Below, piece after piece: positions 1 to 6,991 of a stretch of 7,267 nt of DNA. Position numbers and translations under genes: made by a program. Source of the stretch: a virus (lineage: Duplodnaviria > Heunggongvirae > Uroviricota > Caudoviricetes); IMG/VR virus record IMGVR_UViG_3300030438_000051; one strand, 5' to 3'. Under the pieces are notes generated by a model that saw nothing but the letters and a program-made list of their open reading frames with translations, did not search any database and had not been told where the DNA came from. Numbering within the stretch: the stretch's first letter is position 1; the number at the start of each line of letters is the position of its first letter.

Positions 1-345
1 GTGTTTCAGGCGGTGCTGGGTGCGGCGCTGATTGCGGTGGCATGGTGGAACCCTGTTGGCTGGCTGGGGGCCGCGGCTGTATCGGGTCTGTATGCAGCAG
101 GGGCCAGTATGATCCTGGGTGGTGTGGCGCAGATGCTGGCACCGAAAGCCAGAACTCCCCGCACACAGACAACGGATAACGGTAAGCAGAACACCTATTT
201 CTCCTCACTGGATAACATGGTTGCCCAGGGCAATGTTTTGCCTGTTCTGTACGGTGAAATGCGTGTGGGGTCGCGGGTGGTTTCTCAGGAGATCAGCACG
301 GCAGACGAAGGGAATGGTGGTCAGGTTGTGGTGATTGGTCGCTGA
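1..345 (+). CDS. I: Tail assembly protein I, C-terminal portion (5' end lies outside the window; stop TGA at 343..345)
   Basis: Frame-1 ORF open from the window edge to TGA at 343..345. Its translation ends ...NGKQNTYFSSLDNMVAQGNVLPVLYGEMRVGSRVVSQEISTADEGNGGQVVVIGR, which I recognise as the C-terminus of lambda gpI. It sits about 60 nt upstream of a J homologue, as in lambda. Homology is from memory, not from a search. Confidence 0.85.
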   Translation: MFQAVLGAALIAVAWWNPVGWLGAAAVSGLYAAGASMILGGVAQMLAPKARTPRTQTTDNGKQNTYFSSLDNMVAQGNVLPVLYGEMRVGSRVVSQEISTADEGNGGQVVVIGR

Positions 346-363
346 TGCAAAATGTTTTATGTG

Positions 364-385
364 AAACCGCCTGCGGGCGGTTTTG
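364..385 (+). other. Intergenic RNA hairpin between I and J (8-bp stem, 4-nt loop, short T-run)
   Basis: Seen in sequence: AAACCGCC (364..371), loop TGCG (372..375), GGCGGTTT (376..383) is a perfect inverted repeat, followed by TT and then GTCGTTT. Its function is unknown; it lies inside an operon that is normally co-transcribed. Confidence 0.35.
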
Positions 386-405
386 TCGTTTATGGAGCAT
401 GACGA

Positions 406-3400
406 ATGGGTAAAGGCAGCAGTAAGGGGCATACCCCGCGCGAAGCGAAGGACAACCTGAAATCCACGCAGTTACTGAGTGTGATCGATGCCATCAGCGA
501 AGGGCCGATAGAAGGTCCGGTGGATGGATTAAAAAGCGTGCTGCTGAACAGTACGCCGGTGCTGGACAGTGAAGGGAATACCAACATCGCCGGTGTCACG
601 GTGGTGTTCCGGGCAGGTGAGCAGGAGCAGACACCGCCGGAGGGTTTTGAATCCTCCGGATCCGAGACGGTGCTGGGTACGGAAGTGAAATATGACACGC
701 CGATCACCCGGACCATCACGTCTGCAAACATCGACCGTCTGCGCTTTACCTTCGGTGTGCAGGCTCTGGTGGAAACCACTTCAAAGGGGGACCGGAATCC
801 GTCGGAAGTCCGCCTGCTGGTTCAGATACAGCGTAACGGTGGCTGGGTGACGGAAAAAGACATCACCATTAAGGGCAAAACCACCTCGCAGTATCTGGCC
901 TCGGTGGTGGTGGATAACCTGCCGCCGCGCCCGTTCAATATCCGGATGCGCAGGATGACACCGGACAGCACCACAGACCAGCTGCAGAACAAAACGCTCT
1001 GGTTGTCATACACCGAAATCATCGATGTGAAACAGTGCTACCCGAACACGGCACTGGTCGGTGTGCAGGTGGACTCGGAACAGTTCGGCAGCCAGCAGGT
1101 GAGCCGTAATTATCATCTTCGCGGGCGCATTCTGCAGGTGCCGTCGAACTATAACCCGCAGACGCGGCAATACAACGGTATCTGGGACGGGACGTTTAAA
1201 CCGGCATACAGCAACAACATGGCCTGGTGTCTGTGGGATATGCTGACCCACCCGCGCTACGGCATGGGGAAACGTCTTGGTGCGGCGGATGTGGACAAAT
1301 GGGCGCTGTATGTCATCGGCCAGTACTGCGANNNNNNNNNNNNNNNNNNNNNNNNNNNNNNNNNNNNNNNNNNNNNNNNNNNNNNNNNNNNNNNNNNNNN
1401 NNNNGTAAGGCGTGGGATGTTCTCAGTGATTTCTGCTCGGCGATGCGCTGTATGCCGGTATGGAACGGGCAGACGCTGACGTTCGTGCAGGACCGACCAT
1501 CAGATAAGGTGTGGACCTATAACCGCAGTAATGTGGTGATGCCGGATGATGGCGCACCGTTCCGCTACAGTTTCAGCGCCCTGAAGGACCGCCATAATGC
1601 CGTTGAGGTGAACTGGATTGACCCGGATAACGGCTGGGAGACGGCGACAGAGCTTGTGGAGGACACGCAGGCCATTGCCCGTTACGGTCGTAACGTCACG
1701 AAGATGGATGCCTTTGGCTGTACCAGCCGGGGGCAGGCACACCGCGCCGGGCTGTGGCTGATTAAAACGGAGCTGCTGGAAACGCAGACCGTGGATTTCA
1801 GCGTGGGCGCAGAAGGGCTTCGCCATGTACCGGGCGATGTTATTGAAATCTGCGATGATGACTATGCCGGTATCAGCACCGGTGGTCGCGTGCTGGCGGT
1901 GAACAGCCAGACCCGGACGCTGACGCTCGACCGTGAAATCACGCTGACATCTTCCGGCACCACGCTGATAAGCCTGGTTGACGGGCAGGGAAGTCCGGTC
2001 AGCGTGGAGGTTCAGTCCGTCACCGACGGCGTGAAGGTGAAAGTGAGCCGTGTTCCTGACGGCGTTGCTGAATACAGCGTGTGGGGGCTGAAGCTGCCGA
2101 CGCTGCGCCAGCGCCTGTTCCGCTGTGTGAGTATCCGTGAGAACGACGACGGTATGTATGCCATCACTGCAGTGCAGCATGTACCGGAGAAAGAGGCCAT
2201 CGTGGATAACGGGGCGCACTTTGACGGTAACCAGAGCGGCACGGTGAATGGTGTCACGCCGCCAGCAGTGCAGCATCTGACCGCAGAAGTCACCGCAGAC
2301 AGCGGGGAATACCAGGTGCTGGCGCGCTGGGATACGCCGAAGGTGGTGAAGGGCGTGAGCTTTATGCTTCGCCTGACCGTGGCAGCGGATGACGGCAGTG
2401 AGCGGCTGGTCAGCACGGCCCGGACGACGGAAACCACTTACCGCTTCAGGCAGCTGGCTCTGGGAAATTACAGTCTGACAGTCCGGGCGGTAAATGCGTG
2501 GGGGCAGCAGGGCGATCCGGCATCGGTATCGTTCCGGATTGCCGCACCGGCAGCGCCGTCTCGGATTGAGCTGACGCCGGGCTATTTTCAGATAACCGCC
2601 ACGCCGCATCTTGCGGTTTATGATCCGACGGTACAGTTTGAGTTCTGGTTCTCGGAAAAGCGGATTGCGGATATCAGGCAGGTTGAAACAAGCGCGCGTT
2701 ATCTTGGTACGGCGCTGTACTGGATAGCCGCCAGTATCAATATCAAACCGGGCCATGATTATTACTTTTATATCCGCAGTGTGAATACTGTTGGCAAATC
2801 GGCATTCGTGGAGGCTGTCGGTCGGGCGAGCGATGATGCGGAAGGTTACCTGGATTTTTTCAAAGGAGAGATAGGGAAAACACATCTGGCTCAGGAGCTG
2901 TGGACGCAGATTGATAACGGTCAGCTTGCGCCTGACCTGGCTGAAATCAGGACGTCCATTACGGATGTCAGCAATGAAATCACGCAGACTGTCAATAAGA
3001 AACTGGAAGACCAGAGTGCGGCAATCCAGCAGATACAGAAGGTTCAGGTTGATACAAATAATAACCTGAACAGCATGTGGGCTGTGAAGCTGCAGCAGAT
3101 GCAGGATGGACGCCTTTATATCGCGGGTATTGGTGCCGGTATTGAGAACACCCCCGACGGTATGCAGAGTCAGGTGCTGCTGGCGGCAGACAGGATTGCG
3201 ATGATTAATCCTGCGAATGGCAACACAAAGCCGATGTTTGTTGGTCAGGGCGATCAGATATTCATGAACGAAGTGTTCCTGAAACGCCTGACGGCTCCCA
3301 CCATTACCAGCGGCGGTAATCCTCCGGCATTTTCCCTGACACCGGACGGGCGGCTGACGGCGAAAAATGCCGATATTAGCGGTAACGTGAATGCGAACTC

Positions 3401-3887
3401 CGGGACGCTCAACAACGTCACGATTAACGAGAACTGCCGGGTTCTGGGAAAACTGTCCGCGAACCAGATTGAAGGCGATCTCGTTAAAACAGTGGGCAAA
3501 GCTTTCCCCCGGGACTCCCGTGCACCGGAGCGGTGGCCATCAGGGACTATTACCGTCAGGGTTTATGACGATCAGTCGTTTGACCGGCAAATTGTTATTC
3601 CAGCGGTGGCTTTCTGCGGTGCCAGACATGAGCGGGAGAATAGCGATACTTATTCGTCATGCCGCCTGATAGTGAAGAAAAACGGGGCTGAAATTTATAA
3701 CCGAACGGCTCTGGATAATACTCTGATTTACACGGGTGTTATTGATATGCCTGCAGGCAGTGGTGTAATGACACTGGAGTTTTCTGTATCAGCATGGTGG
3801 GTAAATGGTTGGTATCCCACAGCAAGTATCAGCGATTTGCTGGTTGTTGTGATGAAGAAAGCCACTGCAGGCATCAGTATCAGCTGA
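406..3887 (+). CDS. J: Host specificity protein J (tail tip / central tail fibre); one gene interrupted by an N-run at 1332..1404 that changes the apparent frame
   Basis: ATG at 406 is preceded by GGAG (394..397). The N-terminal translation [54 protein letters not shown]... and long downstream stretches (e.g. ...[34 protein letters not shown]..., ...[42 protein letters not shown]...) match my recollection of lambda gpJ. The coding frame is frame 1 for 406..1331 and frame 3 for 1405..3887, with stop TGA at 3885..3887. The two six-frame ORFs 406..1479 and 1227..3887 are the two halves of this one gene. Confidence 0.92.
1332..1404. other. Run of 73 ambiguous bases (N): assembly gap or masked segment inside J
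   Basis: Seen directly. The run length is not a multiple of 3 and the J reading frame differs on the two sides, so the run is a placeholder rather than the true sequence. Confidence 0.95.
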
Positions 3888-3905
3888 ATTTTATAACCCA
3901 TATAC

Positions 3906-3930
3906 GGGCGCCAGAAATGGCGCCTTTTTT
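3906..3930 (+). terminator. Putative rho-independent terminator immediately downstream of J
   Basis: Palindromic GC stem GGCGCC (3907..3912) and GGCGCC (3919..3924) around loop AGAAAT, followed by TTTTTT (3925..3930). It lies 19 nt after the J stop. Confidence 0.6.
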
Positions 3931-3954
3931 ATTGCAGAAAAGCGAGAGGTAATT

Positions 3955-4554
3955 ATGCGTAAAGTTTGTGCAGCCATTTTGTCCGCAGCCATCTGTCTGG
4001 CCGTATCCGGTGCGCCTGCATGGGCGTCTGAGCAGCAGGCCACACTGAGCGCAGGGTATCTTCATGCCCGTACGAACGCTCCCGGCAGCGATAATCTGAA
4101 CGGGATTAACGTGAAATACCGTTATGAGTTTACGGACACGCTGGGGCTGATTACGTCATTCAGTTATGCCAACGCTGAAGATGAGCAAAAAACGCATTAC
4201 AGCGATACCCGCTGGCATGAAGATTCCGTGTGTAACCGCTGGTTCAGCGTGATGGTGGGGCCGTCTGTGCGCGTGAATGAATGGTTCAGCGCGTATGCGA
4301 TGGCGGGTATGGCTTACAGCCGTGTGTCGACTTTCTCCGGGGATTATCTCCGCGTAACTGACAACAAGGGGAAAACGCACGATGTGCTGACCGGAAGTGA
4401 TGACGGTCGCCACAGCAACACGTCTCTGGCGTGGGGGGCTGGCGTGCAGTTTAACCCGACCGAATCCGTGGCCATTGACCTTGCTTATGAAGGTTCCGGC
4501 AGTGGTGACTGGCGCACTGACGGTTTCATCGTGGGTGTCGGTTATAAATTCTGA
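3955..4554 (+). CDS. lom: Lom outer membrane protein (Ail/Lom/PagC/OmpX-family 8-strand beta-barrel; lysogenic-conversion moron)
   Basis: ATG at 3955 is preceded by GAGAGG (3944..3949). The N-terminus [24 protein letters not shown]|SEQQ looks like a signal peptide. The C-terminus ...[23 protein letters not shown], ending in an aromatic residue, matches my recollection of lambda Lom, as do the GINVKYRYE and [12 protein letters not shown] motifs. Its position between J and stf is the same as in lambda. Confidence 0.9.
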   Translation: MRKVCAAILSAAICLAVSGAPAWASEQQATLSAGYLHARTNAPGSDNLNGINVKYRYEFTDTLGLITSFSYANAEDEQKTHYSDTRWHEDSVCNRWFSVMVGPSVRVNEWFSAYAMAGMAYSRVSTFSGDYLRVTDNKGKTHDVLTGSDDGRHSNTSLAWGAGVQFNPTESVAIDLAYEGSGSGDWRTDGFIVGVGYKF

Positions 4555-4580
4555 TTAGCCAGGTAACACAGTGTTATGAC

Positions 4581-4607
4581 AGCCCGCCGGTTCAGGCGGG
4601 CTTTTTT
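4581..4607 (+). terminator. Putative rho-independent terminator downstream of lom
   Basis: 8-bp perfect stem AGCCCGCC (4581..4588) and GGCGGGCT (4595..4602) around loop GGTTCA, followed by a T-run through 4607. It lies 27 nt after the lom stop and immediately before the stf ribosome-binding site. Confidence 0.65.
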
Positions 4608-4618
4608 GTGGAGTGGAT

Positions 4619-6991
4619 ATGGCAGCAGTAAAAATCTCAGGTGTGCTGAAAGATGGTGCGGGAAAACCAATACAGAACTGCACTATTCAACTGAGGGCAA
4701 AGCGTAACAGCACCACGGTACTGGTGAACACGGTGGCTTCTGAAAATCCGGATGAAGCCGGACGTTACAGCATGGATGTTGAGTATGGCCAGTACAGCGT
4801 CACCCTGCTGGTTGAAGGTTTTCCGCCTTCACATGCCGGGACCATTACCGTCTATGAAGGCTCCAGACCAGGTACGCTGAATGATTTTCTCGGTGCCATG
4901 ACGGAAGATGATGTCATGCCGGAGGCATTGCGTCGTTTTGAGGCAATGGTGGAAGAAGTGGCACGCAACGCCGAAGCCGCCTCTCAGAGCGCAGCGGCGG
5001 CAAAGAAATCCGAAACTGCAGCGGCATCATCAAAGAACGCGGCGAAAACCTCAGAAACGAATGCAGCTAATAGTGCACAGGCGGCAGCGGCCTCACAGAC
5101 TGCATCGGCAAACTCCGCGACAGCAGCCAAAAAATCAGAAACCAACGCGAAAAATAGCGAGACAGCCGCAAAGACGAGCGAAACCAACGCAAAGTCCAGC
5201 CAGACGGCAGCGAAAACCAGCGAAACGAATGCCAAAGCCAGTGAAACTGCGGCAAAAAACAGCCAGGTTGCAGCAGCCCAAAGCGAGAGCGCGGCAGCCG
5301 GTTCTGCGACTTCAGCAGCCGGATCAGCAACTGCTGCGGCTAACAGCCAGAAAGCTGCGAAGACGAGTGAAACTAACGCAAAGTCCAGCCAGACGGCAGC
5401 GAAGACCAGCGAAACGAATGCCAAAGCCAGCGAAACTGCGGCGAAAAACAGCCAGGATGCAGCAGCCGAAAGCGAGAGTGTTGCAGCTGGTTCTGCAAGC
5501 GCGGCGGCTGCTTCTGCCACTGCATCAGCTAACAGTCAAAAAGCAGCAAAAACCAGTGAAACCAACGCAAAGACAAGCGAGACTGCGGCAGCTAACTCGG
5601 CGAAAGCATCCGCTGCAAGCCAGACAGCGGCTAAAGCAAGTGAAGATGCAGCCAGGGAGTACGCAAGCCAGGCAGCTGAGCCGTATAAACAAGTTTTGCA
5701 GCCACTGCCTGATGTGTGGATACCGTTTAATGACTCGATGGATATGATTGCAGGATTTGGCCCGGGATATAAAAAAATAACAGTGCGCGATGATGTGGTC
5801 ACTATACCATCCGACAAAATTGTCCCGTTTTCCCGCGCGAGTTCCGCGACCTATATCAATAAGTCCGGCGCTCTTACCATTGCAGAAATTAATGAGCCAC
5901 GTTTTGAAAAAGAAGGGCTGTTAATTGAAGGGCAGAGAACTAACTATCTAAAAAATTCTAATACACCGGAATTGTGGTACTACCACAGTTTACTGGCGAA
6001 AGAGTATGGGGTTGATAATTACGGTTTTAATTATGCAACCGTCACCGTGACAGACAGCCTTGTAGGCACAACCAGTAGTTATCAGATTCATAGTGTAACT
6101 GGAGAGAACAGGTTTTCTCTGTCCATCGGTGAAACCTGCACTTTTTCTGCCCGCTTTCGTGGAGTTAATTCACGTTGTCGCGTCCATATATCTCTTGTTA
6201 TTGGCGAAAATGTTAAAACATCTGTTGATGTATGTCTGGAGCCAGATACAGGTGAGGTTAAGGCGTACGGTAATAAGGCGCTGGTGACATTCAGAACGGA
6301 AAAACAGGGGGACTGGTGTTACTTTGAAACAACATATACCGCCGCCGAGAATATTGACGAAGTGGTATGCGTTTTTTTTATAACCAATCCTGAAGATGGT
6401 GGTTTTTCTTCTGATTCGTCATTAACAATGACTACGCCGCAAATTGAAAAAGGGTCATGCGCTTCATCGTTTATTATTTCCGGAAACACACCAACCACGC
6501 GCGCCAGTGATATGGTTATTTTTTCAACCAAAAATAACATAAGTTCTGTCCCTTTAAGCTGTCTTGTTGAAATACATAAACATTGGGACTCTACGCCAAA
6601 TCAGGCCCCACGAATTTTAACCACTATTGGCGTGGCGACTAATGATGAACAACTGGTATTGGCTTTCAGGACGCCTACAAGTCCGGATGTAGAACCTTTA
6701 CCTTATGTTCAGTTTGGAGTGAGATCTGCATATCTTAGTCCATCTGTGAAGGCCGGGCGCAAAATGATTGCTGGTTTTGTCTGTAATAGCTCGACTGAAT
6801 TTCGTTGCTGTTGTAATGGTTACCTGTCACCTGTTCAGACTTCGTCATGGAAGAATACCGGAGCTGCACATGAAATACGTATTGGGGGAACTTCTGCTGG
6901 AGGAGAACGTCACTTGTTTGGTCACGTTCGTAACCTGAGAATATGGCATAAAGAATTAACTGATGCGCAAATGGGGGAGAGTATTAAATGA
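4619..6991 (+). CDS. stf: Side tail fibre protein (Stf-like): lambda-Stf-like N-terminal domain, Ala/Ser/Thr-rich repeat shaft, divergent distal (probably receptor-binding) domain
   Basis: The preferred start is ATG 4619, with GGAG at 4610..4613 and a 5-nt spacer; the six-frame track begins at an in-frame GTG at 4613 that lies within the Shine-Dalgarno sequence. The N-terminus MAAVKISGVLKDGAGKPIQNCTIQLRAKRNSTTVLVNTVASENPDEAGRYSMDVEYGQYSVTLLVEGFPPSHAGTITVYEGSRPGTLNDFL matches my recollection of the lambda Stf (orf-401) N-terminus. The central part is repeats of the KTSETNAKASETAAKNSQ type (phage tail-fibre repeat style). Stop TGA at 6989..6991. It is intact as one 790-codon ORF. Confidence 0.88.
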   Translation: MAAVKISGVLKDGAGKPIQNCTIQLRAKRNSTTVLVNTVASENPDEAGRYSMDVEYGQYSVTLLVEGFPPSHAGTITVYEGSRPGTLNDFLGAMTEDDVMPEALRRFEAMVEEVARNAEAASQSAAAAKKSETAAASSKNAAKTSETNAANSAQAAAASQTASANSATAAKKSETNAKNSETAAKTSETNAKSSQTAAKTSETNAKASETAAKNSQVAAAQSESAAAGSATSAAGSATAAANSQKAAKTSETNAKSSQTAAKTSETNAKASETAAKNSQDAAAESESVAAGSASAAAASATASANSQKAAKTSETNAKTSETAAANSAKASAASQTAAKASEDAAREYASQAAEPYKQVLQPLPDVWIPFNDSMDMIAGFGPGYKKITVRDDVVTIPSDKIVPFSRASSATYINKSGALTIAEINEPRFEKEGLLIEGQRTNYLKNSNTPELWYYHSLLAKEYGVDNYGFNYATVTVTDSLVGTTSSYQIHSVTGENRFSLSIGETCTFSARFRGVNSRCRVHISLVIGENVKTSVDVCLEPDTGEVKAYGNKALVTFRTEKQGDWCYFETTYTAAENIDEVVCVFFITNPEDGGFSSDSSLTMTTPQIEKGSCASSFIISGNTPTTRASDMVIFSTKNNISSVPLSCLVEIHKHWDSTPNQAPRILTTIGVATNDEQLVLAFRTPTSPDVEPLPYVQFGVRSAYLSPSVKAGRKMIAGFVCNSSTEFRCCCNGYLSPVQTSSWKNTGAAHEIRIGGTSAGGERHLFGHVRNLRIWHKELTDAQMGESIK
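5168..5545 (+). repeat. In-frame tandem duplication, 2 x 189 bp (63 codons each), within the stf repeat shaft, with a partial third copy beginning at 5546
   Basis: Seen in sequence: 5168..5356 (gcaaagacgagcgaaaccaacgcaaagtccagccagacggcagcg...) and 5357..5545 (gcgaagacgagtgaaactaacgcaaagtccagccagacggcagcg...) align along their whole length with scattered substitutions. About 27 nt of a third unit follow. Both units contain a shorter periodicity of roughly 21 and 42 bp. Confidence 0.8.

Noticed and set aside
6-779. Small ORFs overlapping I and the J 5' end (6..194 -, 119..334 +, 205..432 -, 390..779 -)
   Set aside because: They overlap well-supported I and J coding sequence in other frames or strands, are short, and have no ribosome-binding sites or recognisable products.
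1405-1479. Continuation of the first J ORF past the N-run (…[24 protein letters not shown], ending 1479)
   Set aside because: This is frame-1 read-through caused by the N placeholder. The true J frame after the gap is frame 3 ([22 protein letters not shown]…), which matches lambda J.
1500-2885. 461-aa ORF on the minus strand, antisense to J
   Set aside because: It lies entirely inside the strongly conserved J coding region. Its translation is Arg/Pro/Cys/His-rich with no recognisable motifs and has no plausible start context. It is the typical stop-poor antisense frame of a GC-rich gene.
3888-3954. Sigma-70 promoter for lom in the J-lom intergenic region (e.g. TATAAC at 3892..3897)
   Set aside because: No acceptable -35 element at 16 to 18 bp spacing, and the hexamer lies upstream of the terminator hairpin. 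A lom promoter, if any, more likely lies inside the 3' end of J, and I could not identify one convincingly.
822-4413. Other short ORFs nested in J or lom (822..1022 -, 1006..1251 -, 2012..2437 -, 3254..3499 -, 3391..3669 +, 3880..4065 -, 4156..4413 -)
   Set aside because: All are nested within or antisense to J or lom and have no independent support. They are treated as chance ORFs.
4972-5690. CRISPR-like array suggested by the periodic repeats
   Set aside because: The repeats are in-frame coding repeats of a fibre shaft with 21, 42 and 189 bp periodicity and degenerate units. There are no unique spacers and no direct-repeat/spacer architecture.
4908-5817. Alternative-frame and antisense ORFs over the stf repeat region (4908..5747 +, 4984..5520 -, 5067..5330 -, 5536..5817 -)
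   Set aside because: They are by-products of the low-complexity Ala/Ser/Thr codon repeats. The stf frame is the one continuous with the conserved lambda-like N-terminus and with the long C-terminal domain.
6700-6991. Possible diversity-generating retroelement variable region at the stf 3' end
   Set aside because: No template-repeat copy of the 3' end is present in the window, no reverse transcriptase is visible, the region shows no pile-up of AAC/AAT codons, and the C-terminal fold looks LamG-like rather than C-type-lectin-like. It cannot be fully excluded without the downstream sequence.
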